A stretch of 64,000 bases of DNA from Octopus vulgaris. Taxonomy: Eukaryota. The notes under the pieces were generated by a model, which saw nothing but the letters and a program-made list of their open reading frames with translations, was not told the origin of the DNA and searched no databases. Both the position numbers and the translations under genes were made by a program. The DNA is taken from assembly GCA_951406725.2 (NCBI GenBank), contig OX597826.1:80848001-80912000 (forward strand), given 5' to 3'. Positions 53,519-64,000 of the stretch are shown in pieces. Each line of letters opens with the position of its first letter. The stretch's first letter is position 1.

Positions 53519-55505
53519 TGATCCTTCCCCACATCTACCCGCCCACCCCACCGCCTTTAACTTTTGATCCTCTTTTTCACTTCTGACCCCGTGTTCTACC
53601 TCTTTCACTTTTGATCTTTTAGTCCTCTTTTCTCTTTTGATCCACAGGTCACCCCTTTTCACTTTTGATCTTCTAGGTCCTCCCCCGTCCCCTTCACCTC
53701 TGATCCTCTGGATCCCTCCCTCCTTCATTTTGAAAAAATTACCAAAATCAATTCCAGGTGAGAATTCGATCGATAAAGCCATGGGAACGTGCATTTGGAC
53801 GTGCAAGTACATCAGCTGTTGCGATCGATACTACGTGTATACGAGAAAAATGCACAGTGTCACAAATTTAGGTTAAATCAGTGTTTGTCAAAGGGAGGCT
53901 TATGGGACGGTCGGACAAGTTGTTTTGAGAAAATTTGGTTTAAATGTTTGACAACTCAGCACCATCCATTGGACGGGGGTAGGGGCGTTTTGCTCGTCTA
54001 AAATATACCAGAGGAACATTTTTGCTTATCACTTGAAAAATATAAAGAACACTTGAAGATGCTAGTGTGGCTGTGTGGTAAGAAGTTTGCTTCATGACCA
54101 CATTGTTCCAGGTTCAATCCCACTGCATGATACCATGAGCAAGGTATCTTCTATTATAGCCCTGAATCGACCAATGTCTTGTAAGAGGATTTGGAAACTG
54201 AAAGAAACCCATCATTGGGCAGGTTTATGATTGTGTGTGTTTGTGTCTCCTTGTCTTCACATGAGTGTTGTAAATGATTGTCCCCATCATACAAACGGTG
54301 TCATTCTTTTCCAATATTCTGCAATAACATGTCTATCCATGGGGAAGAAATTACCTTACTTGGAAACAGATGAGAGTTGGATGACAGGAAGAGTATCTGG
54401 CTGTAAAATATTTGCCTTTATATTCTACTCGAGCCATACACAGGTGGAAAAGTGAACTTGACATGGTGATGACGATGACTTAAGACAACTTTAACTATTT
54501 TTAAAGTAATGAACTCCATTAGATATATAACTCTTCCTTTTTAAAGCAAAACATTGTTTGAAGATAAAATTCAAATGAATGTGAAGTATTATGTCCAGCC
54601 CTGTTAAGAATACTCCTGATGCGTCGGGCGATATGAGATGCTTGGGAAGGCGTGTTGAGTCAAGTAAAACCAATATCATAGCTGGGGCTGGTGCCCCCTG
54701 ACTGGCTCCTATGCTGGTGGCACGTAAAAAGCACCCACTACACTCTTGGAGTGGTTGGCATTAGGAAGGGCATCCAGCTGTAGAAACTCTGCCAGACCAG
54801 ATTGGAACCTGGTGCAGCCTTCTGGCTCTCCAGACCTCTGTCAAACCGTCCAACCCATGCCAGCATGGAAAACAGATGATGATGATGGTTATTTATTATT
54901 GAACAAATATTGTATCTGTAGAATAGAGGCTCCCATCAAAAGTCCCAAACCAGATCCTTTCTTCACAAAAGATCCTTAATCTGATTGGACTATTTTCAAA
55001 TTCGTGTGTGAAGAAATTTTAATGCATTGGTAATTTGTTTTACATTTGGTCAAAGTCTGCACAGTTTTACAGACTCCAAACCCCAGGAACCCAACAATTG
55101 TTTTACAGACTCCGATTCTACAGCCATGCACAAAGCAATTTACGACTAACTAATGAGCAGTGTTGTATTTATGATAAGTGTCTGAAGAATTTGCCAATAT
55201 TCTTTTGCTAATGAAGAGCCTCGACTTTTAGTGACTTGGTTCTTTTCAATTTTGGTGAGTAGGACTGGTTCACCGCTGGAAGCAGTAACAGTGCTTCATG
55301 ACTGATAGCTTGTAAGGGTTGCCTTCAACTGGTTCCATAGCTTTAAAGATGGCAATGAGAAACCACTCCGATCATTTATTTAGTTCTTGGTGTTTATTCT
55401 TTTGGGAATTCCTTTCGTATTCTGGTATAAGTTTCTGATTTCTCTTTCTCTTAATTCAAAAGTAACCAAAACCATCAACAAGCTGTTCTTCTCTTTTTAT
55501 TCTAG

Positions 55506-55628
<123 letters not shown>

Positions 55629-56379
55629 TAAAAATCCTTTCACAAAGTTGTTTGGGAAATGGGCCCAGGTATGGCTGTGTGGTTAAGAAACACCTTTACG
55701 ACCATGAGGTTTTGGGTTCAGTCCCACTGTGTGGCACCTCAGACAAGTGTCTTCTACTACAGCCCTAAGCTAACCGATGCCTTGTGAGTGACTTTGGGAT
55801 ATGGAAACTGTGTGGAAGCTCTACACTCACGGAGTGGTTGGCATTAGGAAGGGCATCCAGCCGTAGAAACACTGCCAGATCAGACTGGGCCTGGCACGGC
55901 CTTCTGGCTTCCCAGACCCCAGTTGAACCGTCCAAACCATGCTAGCATGGAAAGCGGACGTTAAACGATGATGATATATATATATAGAGAGAGAGAGAGA
56001 TATTGATAGATATTTATGTACATGTGATTTTGTTTGTCCCCCGCCCCCACTGCTTTACAACCAGTGTTGGTTTATGTTTCCATAACTTAGCAGTTTGGTC
56101 AAAAAGATCAATAGAATTAAAATAAGCACTGTGGTTAATTTATTCAACTGAAACATTCAGTGCAGTGCTCCAGCATGGCTGGAGCCCATTGAATGAACTA
56201 AGTAGAAAAGATAAAAGATGAATTTTTTTTTTTCTTGAGAAAACTTATCTTAAATTTGCAAAAAAAAATATTTATTAGCAACAGAAAAGTTTTTTATCTT
56301 TTTCTCAATATCGTCATAGCAAAATGACCATCGAAATAAAATATTCAATTATTCTTGCAAAGAAATCGTTCTACTGGTA

Positions 56380-56612
56380 AAGCGGCAAGCTGGCAGAATC
56401 CTTAGCACACCGGGCGAAATGCTTAGCGGTATTTCGCCTGCTGCTACGTTCTGAGTTCAAATTCCACCGAGGTCGACTTTGCCTTTCATCCTTTTGGGGT
56501 CGATAAATTAAGTACCAGTTACATTCTGGGGTCGATATAATCGACTTAGTCCGTTTGTCTGTCCCTGTTTGTCCCCTCTGTGCATAGCTCCTTGTGGGCA
56601 GTAAAGAAATAA
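56380..56612 (+). mobile_element. SINE family A copy with apparent TSD AAGAAATCGTTCTACTGGT
   Basis: Similar to 11975-12212; the sequence aagaaatcgttctactggt occurs on both sides (about 56360 and 56611). Confidence 0.85.
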
Positions 56613-56869
56613 GAAATCGTTCTACTGGTTAATTGTTAACGAGCAAAATAGACCTGTTAATACAACAGCTTCTAGAAAAGGCTGAAGATGTTGGCTTTGG
56701 ATGAAACCTGATTGATTGTTGTTTGACCCCAGGTCATCCCTAATGGAGCAGACCTATGATCAAAGACTTTCCAACAATAACCGCACAGTCATTACATTAT
56801 CCATTGTGTCTCTCCCTTCGTAAAGGAGGAAACATTAATTTGTGTGTGAATATCTTTTCAAATGATATT

Positions 56870-57432
56870 TGCTAGTGCCACGCCTGATTGGCACTCGTGC
56901 CAGTGGAACGTTAAAAGTATATCCAAACGTGGGGTGTAACCAGCCCACTTATGAGCAGCCCTCATTCATTCGACAATAAACTTTGCTTGCAAAGACCTGT
57001 TGAGGCAAGTGAAATCAAATCAAAATCGCTGACGTGGCCGATGACAGTACCACCTGATTGGCACTCGTGCCAGTGGAACATTGAAAGCACATCTGAGTGT
57101 GATCGTTGCCAGGGCCACAGATTGACTCCTGTGCCGGTGGCATGTAAAAAGCACCATTCGAGCATGATTGTTACCCGGGTTGCCTTACCGGCACATGAAA
57201 AACAACATTCGAGCATGGTCATTGCTTCTTCCACCGGACTGGCTCCCATGCAGGTAGCACATAAAAGCACCCACTACACTCTCGGAGTGGTTGGCATTAG
57301 GAAGGACATCCAGCTGTAGAAACCTTGCCAGATCAGATTGGAGCCTGGTGCAGCCTTCTGGCTCACCAGACCTCAGTCAAACTGTCCAACCCATGCCAGC
57401 ATGGAAAGCGGACGTTAAGCGATGATGATGAT
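56870..57432 (+). mobile_element. Retroposon family C copy with several decayed 5' units
   Basis: Same body and GAT tail as 48058-48580. Confidence 0.8.
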
Positions 57433-58284
57433 CTCATGGGGAAGAAATCCACTTCAACAGTAATGAATGAGACAGCAGGTTTTTGAATTAAGTCTAATTT
57501 TTGCTTGCTTTCTTTGTCAGTTCCAAATTTAAATCTTGGCAGGGTAATTTTTTACCCCGCTTTCATCTGAACAGAGTTTACATAATATGTCACAGTTATG
57601 CCCTTGTATTGATTAATTATCATATTTTCCAACATATAATAATAAGTCAAATTTCTCAGACCATAATTTACAGCAAAAAAACAAAGTACAGGTTGACTTA
57701 TACACCATGATGACTCTGGAGGATCAAAAACTCCAGATGAAATGCAACAGGATTAGGAAAGACAGCGGCAATGTTTGAATGCTTAAGCTACATGTTTACA
57801 TTACATGCTACGTTGTCTTGTATGCCAGAGAATACACTATGCATTCTATTTGAAGAATTGAGGTTTTGTCAACTCATAGGAGCCTCATTGTTACTAGGTG
57901 TCTATATTGCCAGAGCTAAGGGGAGAGAAGCACTTGGCCCATCGAATATTATCACAAACTTCGTGATATATGAAAGGGAAAACAAGTTTAGAGAGGAATT
58001 ATCTTCGTTTAAACATTATAAATAAAAGAGGAATGAGTGTGCCTCAACTCTTTCATAAATGAGATCCATCCTCTGGGTGAGCAAACACAAATTTTGCAAC
58101 AAAACAATGAATCATCAAACATTTCTGATGTAACCATTAAGAGTGGAGGAATGGCACAATCGGCAGATGGTTTGGCCAAAATTTGGCATTTAATAACATT
58201 TTTCTATGTTTTGATTTCAAATCCAACCAAGGTCAACTTTGATAAGTAGCAGTCCCATGCTGAAATGAATTTGATTAACATATA

Positions 58285-58632
58285 GGTGCAGGGGCAGCTG
58301 TGTAGTAAGTAGCTTGCTTACCAACCTCATGGTTCTGGTTTAAGTCCCACTGCATGGCACCTTGGGCAAGTGTCTTCTACTATAGCCTCGGGCCGACCAA
58401 AGCCTTGTGAGTGGATTTGGTAGATGGAAACTGAAAGAAGCCCTTGTATATATATATATATATATATTTGTCTGTGTTTGTCTCCCCATGATCACTTGAC
58501 AACCGATGTTGGTGTGTTTACTTCCCCGTAACTTAGTGGTTCGGCAAAAGTGTCCTGGGGCTGATTTGTTCGACGAAAGGCAGTGCTCCAGCATAGCCAC
58601 AGTCAAATGACTGAGACAAGGAAAAGAATAAA
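58285..58632 (+). mobile_element. tRNA-derived SINE family B
   Basis: GCTGTGTAGTAAG...CCCACTGCATGGCACCTTGGGCAAGTGTCTTCTACTATAGCC...GAAACTGAAAGAAGCCC-(TA)n...CAGTCAAATGACTGA. Other copies: about 5275-5660 (+), 39915-40290 (-), 40350-40690 (-), 47210-47790 (-), 51755-52100 (+), 55668-56220 (+). Confidence 0.85.
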
Positions 58633-58946
58633 AGACTCTCACTTGTTGAACTAATTTGTTTCCCTTCCCCAATGGGAGACTCATTCCCTTCTGCTCCTCT
58701 TACCCCAGTTGCACTGATTGAATGAATGAGGCCCCAAATTTCTTATTGCCTTGCTCTTTACATCCTACCTCTAACATGGGCAATGTATTTCTAAACCAGA
58801 CCCCTCATCCTGCCTAGAATAGGCTTTGCACCAATAAAAAGGAAAAGACCCTCTTTCTAAGAATTAGTCTGATGTCACATTCTGTTCTGCACATTGGGAT
58901 TCCTGTGTTAAAAACTGTTTTTTTCTCTTCTTTTTACTGACGTTAG

Positions 58947-59165
<219 letters not shown>

Positions 59166-59420
59166 TGAAGCTTTTGCTTTCTATGGAAACACTTGAATGC
59201 AAAAACTTCAGTGAGGAACAAGAAGGCAAAAAGAAAGCAGTTGATGCTGTTTGTAGGTTGGCAAAATATATTTATTAACCAGAAAATTCAAATTTCATTA
59301 CTCTGAGTTTCATATCTGCTGTTGTCAAAACTTGAACAATGGAAGTGGGAGCAGATAATGAAAACAAATTTGATTGGCTTCATGAAAGAAAAAAAATTTT
59401 GTTTTAGTTTATATTTTGTG

Positions 59421-59652
59421 AGGGCGGCGAGCTGGCTGAGACGTTAGCACGCCAGGCAAAATGCTTAGCGGTATTTCGTCTGTCGTTACATTCTGAGTTC
59501 AAATTCCGCTGAGGTCAACTTTGCCTTTCATCCTTTCGGGGTCGATAAATAAAGTACCAGTTTCGCACTGGGGGGCGATATAATCGACTCAATCCCTTCG
59601 TCTGTCCTTGTTTGTCCCCTCTATGTTTAGCCCCTTCTGGGCAGTAAAGAAA
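59421..59652 (+). mobile_element. SINE family A copy
   Basis: Full-length similarity to 11975-12212. Confidence 0.85.
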
Positions 59653-60513
59653 TATATATTTTGAACACACACATACACAATAAAACGAAAATGCTGCTGG
59701 AGCCTGTAGCATGGATTGAACTGCTCTCTTTTTACTGCATTTATTTTGCCCCATGCTTTATGTAGCTAAAGTTACAGTCAAGATTAGAGTTGTGGAGTAC
59801 TTGTTACATTTATAAAATATTTCCAAATTTTGTAATGCAAAAATGGAATATTGTAATAATTGATTAATTAACTGGTTAATTTGTTAATGTTCCCTCAGAG
59901 TAAACTGCCAGTCAGTTACATGCTACAAGCCATCAATCTAACATCCACAATCAGTGTATTCCTAACCAACTGACACACACACACACACACACATCTCTTT
60001 CTTTTAATATTTTTTCACATCCTGATTTTCTCGTAGCATCACACTTTCAATCCTTATGCATCAAATCCATGCTAAGAGATTGTTGCAGTGTTAGCCGTGG
60101 ATGGCAGAAAGAACAGAATGTTTGATTAAATTGCTTTGTATTATTTCAAAACATCTTAAAAGTGGGAAGTTAGCAGAATCGGACAAAATGCTTAGCACTT
60201 CTTTGTTCTGAGTAGAAATTCCACTGAAGCCAACTTTACCTTTTATCCATTTGGGGTCACTCTGTGAAAAGAGTACCAGTCATGCACTGGGGTTGATGTA
60301 ATTGACTTGTGCCCCCCCCCCTCCCCCAACATTTCAGGCCTTGTGCTTATAGCAGAAAGGATTATTTCGTGGCATCTTGAATTCAAATCGGGGTAAGGTT
60401 GCTTTGCTTGTCACCTTGTCCAAGAATGTTAAGGTAAGTACCAGCCATGTCCTGGTGGTGATTCAGCCCACAAAGCCCTTTCCCTCAAGAGGCCTTTATA
60501 TGTCCAGGGTTGA

Positions 60514-60729
<216 letters not shown>

Positions 60730-61451
60730 TAACACTCGGTTTGAAATGTGTATTTTGTGTGTGTGTGTGTGTGTGTGTGTTCTGTCTATTCTCCGATGTT
60801 AGTGGGTTTTTCTATTGCTATAGTTGGATGTCTTTTGTACAGTTGACCTCTCATCAGTGAACAATATGTAGAACCTGTTGTGATACATGCAAACTGATAC
60901 AAAAATTGCTTTGAATGTTTATACAAGAACACAGTGTAATAATTGTAGTAAGATTTGCTTTTGCAACCTCACAGCCATACCACATGAAAGAAACCTAAAA
61001 TCTTATTTTATAATTGCATGAAGAGACTTATTTATTCTTGCAGTTGTTTATTGTCTTCACACAGCTGGATGTTCTTCATACTGTCTACCATTCAGCTGTG
61101 ATGTGAGAATTGAACCTGGAAATATTTAATCACCCATGTAAAACTGGGGCCAGCAGTGTCATTCATCTTGCTCAATACTGCTTTTGGCAGATTTGACCTG
61201 TTACCACCCGTCATCTTAATATTGCATTTTCCAAATCAACAAAGATTCCTTTATGTCAGTCATGAGCAAACTGCAGTTTGCAGGGCCTTTTCAACAGCAT
61301 TCATAATGAAAAATTATCTTGGATTTTTTTTAATAATGCAGCCTGTCTGATGATGAGCCAGGTCTCATGTGGCCTGCTTCACAAAAGAAGTTGTTTTTAC
61401 CTGCTAGAAGTAACGGTGATATCTCCCTCAAACCATACTCTACCATCTTAA

Positions 61452-61790
61452 CCCTTTCATTACTAACCTGGCGGAAACCAGCTCTGGCTCTGAGTACAAA
61501 TGTCTTGTTTTCATAAGTTTTTAATCAAAATCTTCCACTAAACCTTAATCACAATTTATGTTCCTAAAACTAGCTGAATGATAACTAAATTATTTTACTT
61601 TTAGTTTAAAATTAATTGAAAGAAACACAGAGCATCTTAACTGAATTAAAATCTTCCACCAAACCTTTGTCACAATTTATGTTCCTAAATTGTGAATGAT
61701 AACTAAGTTATTTTACTAAATTCTTTGTTGTATTTAAAGTAATTAAAATAAAACACAGAGCATCTCAACAGAAATACAATAACAAAAGGG
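61452..61790. mobile_element. piggyBac-like MITE (TTAA|CCCTTT...AAAGGG|TTAA) with an internal ~120-bp tandem duplication
   Basis: TTAA at 61448-61451 and 61791-61794; related copy in the opposite orientation at 43137-43340. Confidence 0.75.
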
Positions 61791-61837
61791 TTAATGAAAG
61801 ACACATTGGAAAACCTAATCTAGTGTTGATATATTCT

Positions 61838-62052
61838 AAGACTGGTTCTCAACCATTTTTTGCCTATGGACCCCATTTTGATTCCTTTTTTACTCTGCTG
61901 GACCCCTATAGCCATTTATACTGAAATATTGTTAGGAATTGTATTAAAAAAAAAAAAGATTAAATATTTTGTGTGTTTTAAAAGCATCAGCAATTTATTG
62001 GAGACAAATTTTAACAGCAAAATCTTATCTGGATCCTGGTTGTGAATCTCTG
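61838..62052. mobile_element. Degenerate hAT/Charlie-like MITE
   Basis: Termini resemble CAGTGGTTCTCAACC / GGTTGAGAACCACTG (here CTGGTTCTCAACC ... GGTTGTGAATCTCTG), with internal GGACCCC motifs. Confidence 0.45.
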
Positions 62053-62188
62053 TTCTAAAAGATGGAATGATTGTGGTTGGAATGTCTTTTATCATGGGTC
62101 TGGTCAGTCAGGACCAATTCGGAGCTAAACATCAACATTGCGTCGTCTTTTTCAAAATCTTTATTGAAATTCTTTCCTCTTTTCTCAG

Positions 62189-62414
62189 AGCTGCTCAGTT
62201 TTTAAAAGTGACCTATGAACCATTAGCGCAACAGGAATCGCAGAATCTTTCTATGTTTTTGGCGACTCAAAATCGCATTCGAACTACTTTAAAGAATGAG
62301 CTGATAAATATTGAAGGCTACGAGAATCTTCTATCAGATATTGTCAACATCTGCTTGAACATGTATGAGAACACTATGTATCTAACACCCAGTGAGAAGT
62401 ATATGTTAGTCAAA
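62189..62414 (+). CDS. CYFIP: CYFIP coding exon 5 (226 nt, [30 protein letters not shown]...[13 protein letters not shown])
   Basis: ttttctcAG acceptor completes the AG|A Arg codon; AAA|GTGAGT donor; lies within ORF 62067-62501. Confidence 0.96.
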
Positions 62415-62589
62415 GTGAGTACATTTATTGCAACTTCCGTTTTATTACCAACATGCTGGGGGTTTTTTCTTGCTTTTTTTGTTTTGTTTTCATTGGTTTA
62501 ACGTCCATTCTTTCTTTTTTTATTATTCCATATTCGCATGGTTAGGCTAGGAATTGGTTTTGAGGCAGAATTTTACAGACAGACTCGTA

Positions 62590-62830
62590 TCAGTGGCACG
62601 TAAAAAGCACCATCCGATCGTGGCCGTTTGCCAGCCTCGTCTGGCATATAAAAAGCACCCACTACACTCACGGAGTGGTTGGCATTAGGAAGGGCATCCA
62701 GCCGTAGAAACATTGCCAGATCAGACTGGAGCCTGGTGCAGCCTTCTGGCTTCCCAGATCCCAGTTGAACCGTCCAACCCATGCTAGCATAGAAAGTGGA
62801 CGTTAAATGATGATGATGATGATGATGATG
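62590..62830 (+). mobile_element. Retroposon family C copy
   Basis: Same body and GAT tail as 48058-48580. Confidence 0.8.
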
Positions 62831-63581
62831 CTTGACAGCAACCCACATATTCTTATTTCACAGAGGGACCGGTTATAATTTCAAACAAGGAATATGAAGA
62901 ACGTCTCTGCTGTTTTGCTTGAACAATGGCATTCTTGCAAATCCTCACACACACACACATCAACATTGTAATTTTCCACCTGGTCTCCATACCGACCTGG
63001 GTTGGTCTGATCATCACAGTCTGGGTCACCCCCTGTTGAGGGCCACTACATCCATAGGCTGATGCTAATTTATATCAGCTTTTGCTTGGTTTCTATGGCT
63101 GAATGCCCTTCCTGTCACCAACCATGTTACAGAGTACCCTGGGTGCTTTTTACGTGGCACCACCACCACCACCACCCCTAGAGAGGTGGAATAAATGGCC
63201 TTCAGAGCGCTAAGCATTCTCAGCTCATTTTACCGTCCACTTAGGATGTACAGGGCACATTTTATGGTAGCAGCACTTGAGAGATTGTCTCAGCTCACCT
63301 GACACTTCAAGGAAGCATGAGTCATGGGATCACAGTAGCAGAGGAAGGGTAGTACCCAGAACAATATAGAACCATGGGAAGTCTATCTCAATGAACTCCA
63401 TCCAACCTATGCAAGCAATGGGAAGGGATTTTAAAATGATGACAAATATTTTTGTGTAAGAATTATTCCTCTGCTAAATCAATTATTGCATTCACAATGC
63501 TGATTACTGCCATGTAATGGTAATTGCTCCAGATGTGATGATTGTTTCTTTTTTATAATGTTAAATTTTTTCTCTTCTCAG

Positions 63582-63686
63582 GTTATGGCTTTTGGTCTAT
63601 TCTTAATCGACTCCAAAGACATCAGTATATACAAGATGGATGCTAAGAAGAAAATTAACATCAGCAAGATTGACAGAATTCTTAAG
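63582..63686 (+). CDS. CYFIP: CYFIP coding exon 6 (105 nt, VMAFGLFLIDSKDISIYKMDAKKKINISKIDRILK)
   Basis: tctcttctcAG acceptor, AAG|GTGAGC donor, phase 0/0. Confidence 0.95.
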
Positions 63687-63954
63687 GTGAGCTGTTGATT
63701 AATATCCACCTCACCTGTTGTGTGTGTGAGGGGAGAAAGAGGAGATGTGTGGAATTGGTGACCAGAAGGAATGAGAGAGAGAGAGCAAGTGTTCATTTGT
63801 GTCTGAACAGAGCTGTAAATATTTCTATTCACGACTGTTTGCTAAGCTAAAAGCTCCTCATCTTGTCTTTTCTGTTTTCCAGCAAGTTTTTTTGTCTACG
63901 TTTGTGAGATTTAGTTTTTTTGTTGAGATGCATTTGTTTTCTTTTACGTTTTAG

Positions 63955-64000
63955 CAATTGGAAGTCGTTCCCCTTTATGGAGATATGCAAATAGCTCCGT
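63955..64000 (+). CDS. CYFIP: CYFIP coding exon 7, truncated by the window end (QLEVVPLYGDMQIAP...)
   Basis: ttttacgttttAG acceptor; VVPL[FY]GDMQI is a conserved CYFIP motif. Confidence 0.93.

Noticed and set aside
55140-55370. Short peptide FNWFHSFKDGNE resembling a mariner transposase HTH
   Set aside because: Too short and degraded to call with confidence.

Overview
Eukaryotic, AT-rich and microsatellite/SINE-dense animal DNA. The repeat families and the GT/TA/GATA microsatellites are typical of octopus (coleoid cephalopod) genomes; that assignment is an inference. The only host protein-coding gene I can support is a + strand CYFIP/Sra-1 orthologue (WAVE regulatory complex subunit and FMRP partner). 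Seven coding exons lie between 53255 and the window end, giving about 313 codons with consistent GT-AG phases, and the gene continues past 64000. A candidate ETS/YY1-type promoter and 5' exon near 24.45-24.56 kb would imply a first intron of about 28.6 kb. This fits a visible shift from CpG-retaining repeats on the left to CpG-decayed repeats on the right. The rest is transposon-derived: several tRNA-SINE families, fragments of Tx1-, RTE-, CR1/Jockey- and Dong/R4-type LINEs, piggyBac- and hAT-like MITEs and Helentron-like elements. Almost all ORFs in the supplied track are spurious. The most notable observations are: (1) a roughly 450-bp palindrome whose arms each carry a Penelope-type minimal hammerhead ribozyme, with related hammerhead-bearing elements at 16.6 and 47.3 kb; (2) a TSD-flanked RTE LINE with a twin-priming-like 5' inversion; (3) three AUG-stop elements in the candidate CYFIP leader; (4) a 4-aa deletion in a normally conserved CYFIP segment.
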